From the NCBI GenBank assembly GCA_900541205.1, contig UQIV01000001.1, positions 97,593 to 161,592 of the forward strand: a DNA stretch of 64,000 nucleotides, written 5' to 3'. Positions 40,192-50,153 of the stretch are shown here, piece by piece (the stretch's first letter is position 1; every line of letters starts with the position of its first letter). Position numbers and translations under genes: made by a program. A model generated the notes under the pieces. The model had not been told where the DNA came from. It searched no databases and saw nothing but the letters and a program-made list of their open reading frames with translations. The DNA comes from an uncultured Collinsella sp. GTDB taxonomy: Bacteria > Actinomycetota > Coriobacteriia > Coriobacteriales > Coriobacteriaceae.

Positions 40192-40722
40192 CTACTTGAG
40201 GAGGAAGTCGGAGAGGGGAATGGTACGGGCCTCGCGATGCTCGGAATCGGCGATGTGGTCGGCAGGATAGCCACAGACGAGCATGTGATAGGGATAGACG
40301 CCCTTGGGCGGGTTGAACTGCTCCTGTGCCACCTCGGGCTTAAAATGGCATACCCAGCACGTTCCCAGGCCCTGCTCGGTGGCCTCCATCATCATCTGAT
40401 CGCACACGATGGACGTATCGATTTCACTGGAATTCATCTTGTCATACGGGCGCACCCAAGCATCATCAGTAACGCTGCAAATAAGGAAGACAAGCGGAGC
40501 CCCAAAGATAGACCCATCACGAGCAAACCGAGGCTGACAAGCAGCAGCCTTCTCCAGAAGCTCAGGCGTATCCAACACCATCACACGGGTTGGATGATTA
40601 TTACAAGCAGAAGGAGCAATACGCCCAGCCTCAACAATGGCATCCACCACAGCTTGCTCAACAGCCCGATCTTCAAACTCACGACAAGAATACCGACCCC
40701 GAGCCAGATCCAAATAAGACAT
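40192..40722 (-). CDS. nitroreductase-family flavoprotein
   Basis: Start at MSYLDLARGRYSCREF. SACNNHPTRV and the following core are typical of NAD(P)H nitroreductases. 176 aa. Confidence 0.7.
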   Translation of the reverse strand: MSYLDLARGRYSCREFEDRAVEQAVVDAIVEAGRIAPSACNNHPTRVMVLDTPELLEKAAACQPRFARDGSIFGAPLVFLICSVTDDAWVRPYDKMNSSEIDTSIVCDQMMMEATEQGLGTCWVCHFKPEVAQEQFNPPKGVYPYHMLVCGYPADHIADSEHREARTIPLSDFLLK

Positions 40723-40905
40723 ACAAGCCCTCCAACAATTAAAAATCAAACAAACCCAAAGTAACCCAAACAGTACCCAAAGCAGCAATCAGCCAAACGC
40801 TCATCAAGGGCCAAAGTGTCCGAACGGATACCAAAGGTCCCTTCAGCCAAACCCCCATTGCGCTAAACCTATCAGCCAAAGTTCCCAATGGTGGTGCATA
40901 AGGGA

Positions 40906-40983
40906 GCGGGCCCGGCCACTAATAACCTTTTGAACGACTCTGCTTGCAGCCGGAGTGAAAAAGGTATTAGTGGTCGGGCCCGC
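40906..40983. repeat. long imperfect inverted repeat (~24-bp arms, ~30-nt loop) downstream of the DUF47-pit operon
   Basis: GCGGGCCCGGCCACTAATAACCTTTT ... AAAAAGGTATTAGTGGTCGGGCCCGC. Confidence 0.5.
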
Positions 40984-41007
40984 GACCGGTGGGATACGTA
41001 CCCCCAA

Positions 41008-41631
41008 TTAACTGTTCTTCATGACAATCGAATCCACGACATCGGCCACATTCTCGCAGCAGTCGGCGCAGTACTCCAGGAATGCGTAGACGTCACGCCA
41101 GGCGATGACCTCGAGCGGATCCTTGCCGTTAACGTGCAGGTTGCGCATGGCATTGATGTAGAGTTCGTCGGCCTCGGACTCGATGGTGTTGATCTGGATG
41201 ACGAGCTCGCGCAGGGTCTTGGACTTGCGGTAGTTGGGAAGCTCGACCATCAGGTCTTTCATGGCGCGGCAGGCGTCAGTCACCTTGTGGGCGATGACGA
41301 TGGCGTCGGGATGGATGCTCTGAATGTTGGTGAAGTAGACGCGCTGCACGACGCCCTCAATACGGTCGAGCACGGTGTCGAGCGCGCAGCTCATCAGATC
41401 CAGATCCTCGCGCTCGAGCGGGGTGATAAAGGCGGTGAGCAGGGCGTCTTCGAGCTCGTGGTGCTTCTTGTCTGCCGCATGCTCAATCGCATGCATCTTA
41501 TTGAGCATGTCGTGAATCTGCGCGGGATCGAAGTTCTCAAAAATCTGGGTAAGCAGCTCGGCGGCCTGGACGGCGAGGTCGGCGCAGGCGACGTAGTTGT
41601 CAAAGTAGAACGAATCGGGTTTCTTAGCCAT
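41008..41631 (-). CDS. DUF47 (PhoU-like) protein paired with PiT
   Basis: 207 aa, helical. The gene-pair context with the pit gene is typical. Confidence 0.75.
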   Translation of the reverse strand: MAKKPDSFYFDNYVACADLAVQAAELLTQIFENFDPAQIHDMLNKMHAIEHAADKKHHELEDALLTAFITPLEREDLDLMSCALDTVLDRIEGVVQRVYFTNIQSIHPDAIVIAHKVTDACRAMKDLMVELPNYRKSKTLRELVIQINTIESEADELYINAMRNLHVNGKDPLEVIAWRDVYAFLEYCADCCENVADVVDSIVMKNS

Positions 41632-41698
41632 GGGTGGGTCCTTTCGAGGCGAAGACGGGTGGGCGAAGTGTTGCGGTCCAGATGGACGTTCGGTTTGA

Positions 41699-42748
41699 CT
41701 AGAGGAACATCATGAACAGCTTGGCCATGACAAAGCTGATGAGTCCGCAGGCGGGGAAGGTGAAGAACCAGGTGAACATCATGTCCTTAACGACGCCGAA
41801 GTTGATGGCCGAGAGGCGCTTGACGGCACCGACGCCCATGATGGCGCAGGTCTTGATGTGTGTGGAGGACACGGGGATGCCGGTAAGGGTGGCAAGCAGC
41901 AGGTTCGCGGCGCCCGCGAGGTCGGCGGAGAAGCCCTGATACTTCTCGAGCTTAACCATGCTCTGGCCGACGGACTTTATGATGCGCTCGCCGCCGACGC
42001 TGGTGCCGATACCCATGGTGGCCGAGCACAGCAGCATAATCCAGATGGGGATGCCGGCATCGCCGACGCTGGTCTGGCCGTTTGCGAAGGCCACGCCTAA
42101 AAAGAGCACGCCGATGAACTTCTGTCCATCCTGCGCGCCGTGCATAAAGCTCATGGCCGCAGCGCTCGCGATCTGAGCGTATTTAAAGAAGACATTGGCA
42201 CGTCGCCTGTTGGCGGCGGCGAAAAGAATCGAGACGAGTTTGCACAGGACCCAGCCCATGACAAAGCCCAGGCCGATGGAGAGCGCCAGGCCGTAGATGA
42301 CCTTCATCCACTCGTGGACGTTGACGCTGCTCGCGCCGCCGAGGGCGATAGCGGCACCGGTCAGGCCGGCGATAAGGCTGTGGCTTTGCGAAGTGGGGAT
42401 GCCAAAACGCGATGCTGTGGCGCCGTAGACGACGATGGAGAACAGCGCTGCGCAGAGGCACGCGAGCGCCATGGTGCTGTTTCCGCCAAAGTCGACGATA
42501 TGTGAGATGGTGTTGGCGACGCTCGCATTAAAGTGCGTCATGATGAGCACGCCGAGGAAGTTGAATGCGGCGCTCATGAGAATGGCGGCGCGGGCGGGCA
42601 TGCAACGCGTAGTGACGCAGGTCGCGATGGCGTTGGGCGCGTCGGTCCATCCATTGACGAAGATGGCGCCGAGCGCGAGGATCACGGTGACGGCAAGGAC
42701 TGGGTTCGACACAATTTGGCCGAGGAAGGTTGAGAACGTTACGTCCAT
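41699..42748 (-). CDS. pit: inorganic phosphate transporter, PiT family
   Basis: GWTDAPNAIAT and MHGAQDGQKF motifs of the PHO4/PiT family, polytopic, 349 aa. Confidence 0.85.
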   Translation of the reverse strand: MDVTFSTFLGQIVSNPVLAVTVILALGAIFVNGWTDAPNAIATCVTTRCMPARAAILMSAAFNFLGVLIMTHFNASVANTISHIVDFGGNSTMALACLCAALFSIVVYGATASRFGIPTSQSHSLIAGLTGAAIALGGASSVNVHEWMKVIYGLALSIGLGFVMGWVLCKLVSILFAAANRRRANVFFKYAQIASAAAMSFMHGAQDGQKFIGVLFLGVAFANGQTSVGDAGIPIWIMLLCSATMGIGTSVGGERIIKSVGQSMVKLEKYQGFSADLAGAANLLLATLTGIPVSSTHIKTCAIMGVGAVKRLSAINFGVVKDMMFTWFFTFPACGLISFVMAKLFMMFL

Positions 42749-42977
42749 ATATGGGCTTTCTCGAAGTTTGCAGGCACGTTACAAAAACATGATAAATCGT
42801 TTCACCTCCTGCGGGTCTCTTTACCGAGTTCTGATGGGAGAAGTGAACTTTTTGGCACTAAAATTGAATATTAGCCCTGTTGACCGCGGGTGTTCTTTTT
42901 GCTAACACGCCATGCGGACACGTGCGATTACTACGACACTCCAAAACCACAGCCTGTTCGCTTTACAACATGCAAAC

Positions 42978-43337
42978 ATGAGTTCGATAATAGGAGGCAT
43001 GGAATATCGACAGACAGACGGCAAAACTCGGCGCGTACACAAGCAGTATGTGGACGTCGTGGCTCGCATCCTCGCGGGCGGACAAGTCGTGCCGGTCACC
43101 GTCTGCTGGGTCGACGGACGTTGTTTTACAATCGATGAAATTATCTCGACCACCGGGTTTGGCCTGACGGTCCACGGCATCCGTACGGCGACCTATAAGG
43201 TGCGTTTTGGCGGGCACGCGACCGAGTTGTATCTGGAGGACCAGACGCGCGAGCGGGCGGACGGCTCGCAGGCACACGTGATGCGTTGGTGGGTCTGGGC
43301 CTTTGATCGCACGCTCGAGGGCGAGCGCCGTAGGTAA
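42978..43337 (+). CDS. hypothetical protein
   Basis: 119-141 aa ORF with no recognisable motif. An AGGAGG sits immediately before an internal ATG at 42999, so the start is uncertain. Confidence 0.3.
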   Translation: MSSIIGGMEYRQTDGKTRRVHKQYVDVVARILAGGQVVPVTVCWVDGRCFTIDEIISTTGFGLTVHGIRTATYKVRFGGHATELYLEDQTRERADGSQAHVMRWWVWAFDRTLEGERRR

Positions 43338-43420
43338 GGACGTACGGCATTCGGGTACAATGACAGGAATCTTGTCATCTGCTGCGCCGTCTTTCACGGC
43401 GCTTTGTGAAAGGACGAAGT

Positions 43421-44116
43421 ATGAACGATATCCAGGGCTATCAGAACGGCCCCATCGAAACTGGCGCAAGCCGTGCCAAGGAGATGTCGCCGCGTGCGTA
43501 CAATCTCACCATGTCTGCCCTCATCTTCTTGGGCTTTTGTGCCATGGGCGCTGGTGCTTACTTTACGAGCACCATGGCGTTTGCCCGCATGATGATGAGC
43601 GGCGCCGCCCTGCCACTGGTCTTTGGCTCGTTTATCCTGACTATTGTCGGCATCGTCATGATGTCGGCTGCTGCCAGCAAACAGTCCGTGGGCCTGTCGC
43701 TCGTGGGTTACGTGATCTTTGCGAGCACCTTTGGCCTGACCGCGTCGTTTGGCCTTGCCAACTATGACCTGCCCACCATCAACACCGCCTTTATCGCCAC
43801 CGCTGCCATCACCTTTGTCTTTGGCGCCTTGGGCGTGACGCTCCCCAAGTTTTTCCAGCGCGTATATGGCATTGGTTTTGGCATCCTGCTTGCCACGATT
43901 CTGGTCGAGATCGTGCTGATGTTCATGGGCGTTTCGCAGTCCATCACCGATCTGATCGTGATCGTGGTGTTCGCCGGGTTTATTGGCTACGACACCTATG
44001 TTGCCACGACGGTGCCGCCCACGCTGCCCAATGCGGTGCTCATGGCGTCCAATCTGTTCGTGGACATTATCAACGTGTTCCTGCGCATTTTGAACATCCT
44101 TGGCCGTCGCGACTAG
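43421..44116 (+). CDS. Bax inhibitor-1/YccA family membrane protein
   Basis: 7-TM protein of ~230 aa. Its hydrophobicity pattern and the C-terminal ...FVDIINVFLRILNILGRRD motif are typical of BI-1/UPF0005. Confidence 0.7.
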   Translation: MNDIQGYQNGPIETGASRAKEMSPRAYNLTMSALIFLGFCAMGAGAYFTSTMAFARMMMSGAALPLVFGSFILTIVGIVMMSAAASKQSVGLSLVGYVIFASTFGLTASFGLANYDLPTINTAFIATAAITFVFGALGVTLPKFFQRVYGIGFGILLATILVEIVLMFMGVSQSITDLIVIVVFAGFIGYDTYVATTVPPTLPNAVLMASNLFVDIINVFLRILNILGRRD

Positions 44117-44253
44117 TGGCGAATCGCGGCGGTGCTTGCCATGCGTGCAAATCGATGCGAAAGGCGGTCCTTCGGGGCCGTCTTTTTTGTACGCGGCGGG
44201 GTATCATGGATGGGAAAAGCCGATAGCGGCAGCGACAGGAAAGGTGGCCACGT

Positions 44254-45387
44254 ATGGCAGACGTCGACAACAGGAACCGTAACCGCAGGTCCAACCGAGC
44301 GGGTCAGCCCAATCCCAAGCGCGAGGCCCGTGCCAAGGCCGCCGAGCGTCACGTGGCAACTGTGTCCGAAGCGTGCGCCAAGGATATCGAGCGTTCGCTT
44401 GCCGGCGTGTGCGAGTTCGATGGTATGCCTGCCGGTTTTGTCGCGGCGATGAAGGCCAAGGCCCAAGCGGCCGACGCTGTCGAGGAACAGGTTGCCGAGG
44501 AGTCTGAGGCCGCCGAGGCCGAGACCGCTGAGGTTGCGTCCGCCGAGACCGAGGTTACGGCCGAGCCTGCACCCGCAGAGGAGGCCACGGAGACCGAGTC
44601 CGCGCCTGCCGCCGAGGAGCCCGCTCCGGTCCTGCCCGAGGTCACCGTGCTCGACGCCTCTGCCACGCAGGCCATTCTGGATAACGGCCGAGGCTACGCG
44701 CAATTCTGCGACATGGCCGTGCTCGCCTTTGCCTCGTTCACCAACCCGGGCGGCGGCTACATCCAGGGCTATCTGGGTCAGGAGGCCACGCTCTGTGCCG
44801 ATTCGTACCTGTACAACGTGCTCGATAAACAGCGCAAATGGTACGGCGAGAACCGTCGCCGCAACATCAACTGCGAGCTTTATCGCAACCGTGCGTTGGT
44901 GGTGCCTGCGGTGCGCTTCGACCGCAACCACGTGCATGCGTATGCCGACGTGATCGTGGCCGCCGCGCCCAACGCCAAGCGCGCTCGCCAGGAGTACCGC
45001 GTGAGCGACGATGCCTTGCTGGACGCTCTGCGCGATCGCATCCGCTTTGTGCTTGCCATCTGCGACGAGCTGGGCCGCGAGAAGCTCGTGCTGGGCGCAT
45101 GGGGCTGCGACAACAACGGCTTTGACGCCGAGGCCGTGGCCGAGCTCTTCCGCAAGGAGCTCGCATCGGGCGACTTCAAGGTCAAGCAGGTCTTCTTTGC
45201 TGTGCCCTCTACGCGCTGGGACGAGGACTTCGCCAAGTTCGAGCACGTGCTGGCAAACTTCCCCGAGCGCAACGAGGAGTCCTATGCTCAGGTTGCCGCC
45301 CGCGCCGCAGCAGCCCGTGCCGCCGAGCAGGCCCAGGCTGCTACCGAGGATGATGAGGACGAGGACGATTGGCGCAAGTACCTGTAA
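44254..45387 (+). CDS. TIGR02452/DUF2263 macro-domain-like protein (bacterial PARG-like) with an acidic disordered N-terminal half
   Basis: The C-terminal domain has LVLGAWGCDNNGFDAE, the signature of the DUF2263 macro-like family. The N-terminal ~130 aa are Glu/Ala-rich low complexity. Confidence 0.55.
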   Translation: MADVDNRNRNRRSNRAGQPNPKREARAKAAERHVATVSEACAKDIERSLAGVCEFDGMPAGFVAAMKAKAQAADAVEEQVAEESEAAEAETAEVASAETEVTAEPAPAEEATETESAPAAEEPAPVLPEVTVLDASATQAILDNGRGYAQFCDMAVLAFASFTNPGGGYIQGYLGQEATLCADSYLYNVLDKQRKWYGENRRRNINCELYRNRALVVPAVRFDRNHVHAYADVIVAAAPNAKRARQEYRVSDDALLDALRDRIRFVLAICDELGREKLVLGAWGCDNNGFDAEAVAELFRKELASGDFKVKQVFFAVPSTRWDEDFAKFEHVLANFPERNEESYAQVAARAAAARAAEQAQAATEDDEDEDDWRKYL

Positions 45388-45465
45388 TCGGTACGCGCTG
45401 ACGGATATGTCGAGCCGACGGGGGAGGCTGCTCCCGTCGGCTTTTTACCGAGCGAGGGGCTTACG

Positions 45466-46125
45466 ATGAAAAACGTTCTATGCTTTGGCGACAGCAACAC
45501 CTATGGTTACGATCCGGCGGGCATGCGCGACGGCACCGCGGTGCGCTATGCGCGGGATGTGCGCTGGTGTGGCGTGGCCCAACGTGACTTAGGCGAGGGC
45601 TGGCATGTAATTGAAGAAGGCCTCAACGGCCGCACGACGGTACGCGACGACATGTGCCATCTGGACACCAATCTTAACGGCATCCGCGCGCTGCCGATGC
45701 TGCTCGAGGCCCATAAGCCGCTGGATGCGATCGTTATTATGCTGGGAACTAACGATTGCAAGACGGTCTTTGGTGTGACGGCCTCCGATATTGCCCGTGG
45801 CGCCATGGCGCTGATTCGCGCGGTGCGTGCATTTCCCTGGACCAATGCCGCACCCTGCCCGCGTATTCTGCTGATGGCACCTATCAAGATCAAGCCGCAA
45901 ATCGCCGATGTATATATGACCGATTTTGACGAGCGTTCCGTCGAGGCCTCGGAGCATTTTGGTGAGTACTACGCACATGTGGCTGAGCAGTTTGGCTGCG
46001 ACTTTTTGAATGCAGCGGAGTTTGCCGAGCCGGGCGATATCGACTATCTGCATATGATGCCCGAAAGCCACGAGAGCCTGGGTCACGCCGTGGCAGCCAA
46101 GCTCCAAGAGATGCTCGGTGAGTAG
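45466..46125 (+). CDS. SGNH/GDSL hydrolase
   Basis: CFGDSNTYG block I, GTND block III and a DxxH block V. 219 aa. Confidence 0.7.
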   Translation: MKNVLCFGDSNTYGYDPAGMRDGTAVRYARDVRWCGVAQRDLGEGWHVIEEGLNGRTTVRDDMCHLDTNLNGIRALPMLLEAHKPLDAIVIMLGTNDCKTVFGVTASDIARGAMALIRAVRAFPWTNAAPCPRILLMAPIKIKPQIADVYMTDFDERSVEASEHFGEYYAHVAEQFGCDFLNAAEFAEPGDIDYLHMMPESHESLGHAVAAKLQEMLGE

Positions 46126-46134
46126 CGCGACCCC

Positions 46135-46179
46135 AAACCACCGCAAAGGTGCCTATCCCCTTTGCGGTGGCTTGGGCTG
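46135..46179. terminator. bidirectional hairpin between the convergent SGNH hydrolase and thiD
   Basis: 18-bp stem CCCAAACCACCGCAAAGG/CCTTTGCGGTGGCTTGGG with one mismatch and a 9-nt loop. Confidence 0.55.
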
Positions 46180-46185
46180 CGAATC

Positions 46186-47016
46186 TTAATACTGCCACAT
46201 GTGGTTGACGGGGCCGGAACCTTTGCCCATGTCAAGGCCGGCGGCGAGGGCGCCCGTTAGGTAGGCCTTGCCGGCGTTGACGGCATCGGCAAGATCCATG
46301 CCCTGAGCCAGCGCGCAGGCGATGGCGGACGAGAGCGTGCATCCGGTGCCGTGCGTGTTGTCGGTCTCGATGCGCTTGTGGCGGAACCACGTGGTGAGTG
46401 GATCTCCCAGATGGTTGCCCTCGTCATCGAGTGGCGCGGGTTCGGCCAGTACATCGTTGGCCTCGTTGACAAGATGCCCACCCTTAACGAGGGATGCGCA
46501 ACCAAAGCGGCGGGTGAGGAGCATGGCAGCATTTTGCTGCGTGCGCTCGGAGTCGACCTCGTAGTCGAGCAGGGCCATGGCCTCGGGAATATTGGGCGTG
46601 ATAACCGTCGCTAGCGGGAACAGGCGGCGGGTGAGCGCCTCGGCGGCATCTTCGGCAATCAGCCGTGCGCCCGAGGTGGCTATCATGACGGGGTCGACTA
46701 CCACGTTTGTCGCGTTCCAGGCGCTCAGGCGGTCGGCGATAACATCGATAATCTCGACAGAGGAAACCATGCCGATCTTGACCGCGCTCGGGCGGATATC
46801 GTCAAAAACGGCGTCAATTTGCGCGGCTACGATATCTGGTGAGATATCCTGCACGGCGGTGACGCCCAGGGTGTTCTGTGCGGTGATGGCGGTGATGGCC
46901 GTCTCGGCATACAGGCGGTGCGCCGTGATGGTCTTGATGTCGGCCTGAATGCCGGCGCCGCCGCTGGAATCGGATCCCGCGATGGATAGAACGGCAGGTA
47001 CCTTACTGCGATCCAT
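46186..47016 (-). CDS. thiD: hydroxymethylpyrimidine/phosphomethylpyrimidine kinase
   Basis: VLSIAGSDSSGGAGIQADIKT and the ribokinase-like fold. 276 aa. Sits downstream of thiC on the same strand. Confidence 0.85.
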   Translation of the reverse strand: MDRSKVPAVLSIAGSDSSGGAGIQADIKTITAHRLYAETAITAITAQNTLGVTAVQDISPDIVAAQIDAVFDDIRPSAVKIGMVSSVEIIDVIADRLSAWNATNVVVDPVMIATSGARLIAEDAAEALTRRLFPLATVITPNIPEAMALLDYEVDSERTQQNAAMLLTRRFGCASLVKGGHLVNEANDVLAEPAPLDDEGNHLGDPLTTWFRHKRIETDNTHGTGCTLSSAIACALAQGMDLADAVNAGKAYLTGALAAGLDMGKGSGPVNHMWQY

Positions 47017-47198
47017 GTTCGCTCCCTTGTTCGGTCGGAATCAAATGGGTCTATAAGCCAGCATTATAAAGATGCCCGAGCCGACTCTATGTCGAACCCG
47101 GGCGGGCGATGCAATCTTTACGCAAATGCAAGCAAATGTTCACATGTCAACAATTGACAGGCACCAGCTCGCCGCCAGAAGCGGCCGCGGCGACAGGG

Positions 47199-48533
47199 CT
47201 AGTCCTCCATGCCGAGGTCGATCGTGGTGCCCTCGAAGATTTTGTTGACGGTGCGGACGGCGCACATCTTGCCACACATGGTGCAAGTGCCCTCGGTGGC
47301 GGCGGGGGACTCCTCGTAGCGCTTCTTGCCCGTAACCGGGTCGAGCGCGCACTTCCACATGGCGTCCCAGTCGAGCTTGCGGCGTGCCTGGCCCATCTTG
47401 TCGTCCATATCGCGGGCGTGGGGCACCTTTTTGGCGATGTCGGCGGCGTGTGCGGCGATCTTGGTGGCCATGAGGCCGTCGAGCACATCCTGGGCGTTAG
47501 GCAGACATAGGTGCTCTGCCGGTGTCACGTAGCACAGGAAGTCGGCACCGGAACTGGCGGAGATGGCGCCGCCGATGGCAGCGGTGATGTGGTCGTAGCC
47601 CACGCCGATATCGGTCACCAGCGGCCCGAGCACATAGAACGGGGCGTTGTGACACAGGCGCTTCTGCAGCTTCATGTTGGCGGCAATCTCGTCGAGCGCC
47701 ATGTGACCCGGGCCCTCGACCATGACCTGGACGCCGGCGGCCCAAGCGCGCTTGCACAGCTTGCCCAGCTCGATCATCTCGGCGGTCTCGGTGGCGTCGT
47801 TGGAGTCGTAGAGGCAGCCCGGGCGGCAGGAGTCGCCGAGCGAAATCGTCACGTCGTACTCATGGCAAATCTCGAGCAACTCGTCGTAGAACTCATAGAA
47901 CGGGTTCTCGTTACCGGTGACCTCCATCCAGCCAAACAGCAGTGAGCCGCCGCGGCTCACGATGTTCATCAGGCGGCCGGTCTCCTTAAAGGTCTTGGTG
48001 ACCGACTTGTTGATGCCGCAGTGAATGGTCATAAAGTCCACGCCGTCCTCGGCATGCGCGCGCACGACTTCGAACAGGTCGTCCTTGGTGAGCTTGACCA
48101 GCGGCTTTTCCATGTAGCCGATGGCGTCGTACATGGGGACGGTGCCTACCATGAGCGGCGTCTCGTCGATGAGCTGCTGGCGGAACTGGCGCGTCTTGCC
48201 CGAGTTGGAGAGGTCCATGATGGCGTCGGCGCCAAAGTCCTCGGCGATCTTGACCTTCTTCCATTCCTCAGCGGCGTCGGCCTTGTCGCCCGAGATGCCC
48301 AAGTTCACGTTGACCTTGGTGGACAGGCCCTCGCCGACGCCAAAGGCACGCATGCCCTTTTTGATATGCACGATGTTGGCGGGGATGGCGATGCGGCCGT
48401 TGGCCACGCGTTCGCGAATGTACTCGGGGTCGCGATGCTCGCGCTCGGCGACTTCCTTCATCTGCGGTGTGATCTGCCCGGCGCGGGCGAAGTCGATTTG
48501 CGTGACGAGCTTGGGCTCGGTCTGTGTGCTCAT
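47199..48533 (-). CDS. thiC: phosphomethylpyrimidine synthase
   Basis: The radical-SAM ThiC C-terminus has the CTMCGKMC motif. Start placed at MSTQTEP (48533) because the upstream ATG at 48557 lies inside the riboswitch. Confidence 0.9.
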   Translation of the reverse strand: MSTQTEPKLVTQIDFARAGQITPQMKEVAEREHRDPEYIRERVANGRIAIPANIVHIKKGMRAFGVGEGLSTKVNVNLGISGDKADAAEEWKKVKIAEDFGADAIMDLSNSGKTRQFRQQLIDETPLMVGTVPMYDAIGYMEKPLVKLTKDDLFEVVRAHAEDGVDFMTIHCGINKSVTKTFKETGRLMNIVSRGGSLLFGWMEVTGNENPFYEFYDELLEICHEYDVTISLGDSCRPGCLYDSNDATETAEMIELGKLCKRAWAAGVQVMVEGPGHMALDEIAANMKLQKRLCHNAPFYVLGPLVTDIGVGYDHITAAIGGAISASSGADFLCYVTPAEHLCLPNAQDVLDGLMATKIAAHAADIAKKVPHARDMDDKMGQARRKLDWDAMWKCALDPVTGKKRYEESPAATEGTCTMCGKMCAVRTVNKIFEGTTIDLGMED

Positions 48534-48539
48534 TGGCAC

Positions 48540-48655
48540 GGCTCCCTTCGTTGGCATTACCCATATCAGGTTTGCGGGTCAGGGCGGGCGCGCCCAGTCT
48601 CAGCCTGTCGTCTTGTCCTGCAAGCTCCCCGTTTATGTGGTGGGCTCAAGTATAG
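48540..48655 (-). ncRNA. TPP (thiamine pyrophosphate) riboswitch controlling thiC-thiD
   Basis: The reverse strand reads ...GGCUGAGA...AACCUGAUAUGGGUAAUGCCAACGAAGGGAGCC directly upstream of thiC. CUGAGA and ACCUGAU-N-GG-UAAUGCCA-CG-AGGGA are the invariant THI-box elements. The thiC RBS (GAAGGGAG) is part of the 3' conserved strand. Confidence 0.8.
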
Positions 48656-48704
48656 CCTGAATGGGTACGATTGGGCCAACGAGCGTGCCTGTGGGGAGGC
48701 GAAC

Positions 48705-49220
48705 ATGGAAGACAAGCATCTATATCGAGAGACGAAATGGGATGTATCGGCCGAGGAAAGCCGTGCGCACCATGGCCTTGTCGCGATTGGCTTTGCGGTG
48801 CTTGCCGTGCTGGTGATTGCCTTTTGCATTTGGACGTTTGGCGGTCGCGGCGGCGCTGCCTGGGAATTTGAGGCCGACGATGCCCTGCCGATCATGACGG
48901 TGAAGGTCGCTGGCGGTAACACGGTGGCCGCGCCGGGTGACTATTGGTATCCGCGCGACGAGTTTGTGCAGCTGCAGTTGAGCGGCGGGTCTATTCCGGG
49001 TGAAGAAATCGAACGCGTGACGTTTGATGAGGCACTCAAAACACTCATGGTGGAGCTCAAAGATCAAGGGGATGTGCCCACGACGATGGATATCGCGCTG
49101 ACGGAATGGCGCCTGGAACCTCCGTCGGGTGTTACGGTATCCGACGTAGAGCACGTTAAGATTACCTACCAAGATGGCTCGACAAGCGAGATTGCAAAGG
49201 CCGATGGCTTGGCGGAGTAA
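48705..49220 (+). CDS. hypothetical single-pass membrane protein
   Basis: 171 aa with a GGGAGG RBS 5 nt upstream, one TM (LVAIGFAVLAVLVIAFCIWTF) and an extracytoplasmic domain. No family recognised. Confidence 0.4.
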   Translation: MEDKHLYRETKWDVSAEESRAHHGLVAIGFAVLAVLVIAFCIWTFGGRGGAAWEFEADDALPIMTVKVAGGNTVAAPGDYWYPRDEFVQLQLSGGSIPGEEIERVTFDEALKTLMVELKDQGDVPTTMDIALTEWRLEPPSGVTVSDVEHVKITYQDGSTSEIAKADGLAE

Positions 49221-49243
49221 CGGGGTGTTTGGAAACGGCGGGC

Positions 49244-50053
49244 CTATTGTGCCTGCGCGTTCATGAAAACCAGGGTGTTTTTGTCTGAAAGCTCGGGGAT
49301 GTGACGATAGCCGATGTTGAATGCGGTAAGTTTGCTTGCATCCTCGAGCTTGTTTTCTGCCATCCACCGCACCATGGAGCCGCGCGCCTTTTTGCTGGCG
49401 GTCGACCGTTGGATGGGCTTCCCGTTGCGGATACCCTCGCCAAAGAGGCATGTGACGGCCGTGGCGTCGCCCGCGAGGTGGGGCAGAACGGCTTTGGCAT
49501 ACTCTACGCTGGCGAGGTTGACGATCGTGGTGTTTGAGCCTGCCGGGGCGATAGCCCGCGCGAGCTTGTCGCTCCAAAACGCGTAGAGGTCTCGGGCATC
49601 GTCAACGGCGAGCTTCGCGCCCATCTCCAGCCGATACGGTTCGACGGCATGAAAGGGACGAACGCATCCGTAAAGGCCCGAGAGGATCCACAGATGGTCT
49701 TGCAGCCATGCGAGCTGCGCTGAATCCATCACCTCGGGTGCCATGCTCTGGTATTGAATGCCGTGATAGGACATGACGGCAGGGGAGAGGTGACGGGCGA
49801 GTGAGGGATTGTCGAGATCGCTGCTTTTCAGGATGGGCCCGAACTCATGCAGTGTGTTGAGGCAAGGTCCCAGCAGTTTGTCACTCACGTTCCACAGCGC
49901 CTGCAGGCCGCCGCTGCCTTCATTCCGCTCGATATCTAGCAGTGCGCGGTGGAGGCGAGCCGTCTCGCGCACAAAGGGTGGGATGCCCAGGACTTCAAAA
50001 GCATCTTGGGCCGCGCGCATCTGCTTGGCGGGCGAAATGATGACCTGCAGCAT
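49244..50053 (-). CDS. yaaA: YaaA/UPF0246 (DUF328) peroxide-stress family protein
   Basis: Starts MLQVIISPAKQM, the invariant YaaA N-terminus. About 270 aa. The ORF-track upstream extension is not coding. Confidence 0.8.
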   Translation of the reverse strand: MLQVIISPAKQMRAAQDAFEVLGIPPFVRETARLHRALLDIERNEGSGGLQALWNVSDKLLGPCLNTLHEFGPILKSSDLDNPSLARHLSPAVMSYHGIQYQSMAPEVMDSAQLAWLQDHLWILSGLYGCVRPFHAVEPYRLEMGAKLAVDDARDLYAFWSDKLARAIAPAGSNTTIVNLASVEYAKAVLPHLAGDATAVTCLFGEGIRNGKPIQRSTASKKARGSMVRWMAENKLEDASKLTAFNIGYRHIPELSDKNTLVFMNAQAQ

Positions 50054-50153
50054 GGACTCTCCTCTGCCAAAAAAGTTGCGGTGGAATACGGTCTGTTTTG
50101 GCCGTTTATGGGCCAGTTTAGTCCGTATTTCACCGCAACTGATGAAGGGTTGG

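Noticed and set aside
47017-47198. A second riboswitch or a terminator between thiC and thiD
   Set aside because: No CUGAGA or THI-box elements on the coding strand. Only a modest GC hairpin without a U-run. thiD is most likely co-transcribed with thiC.
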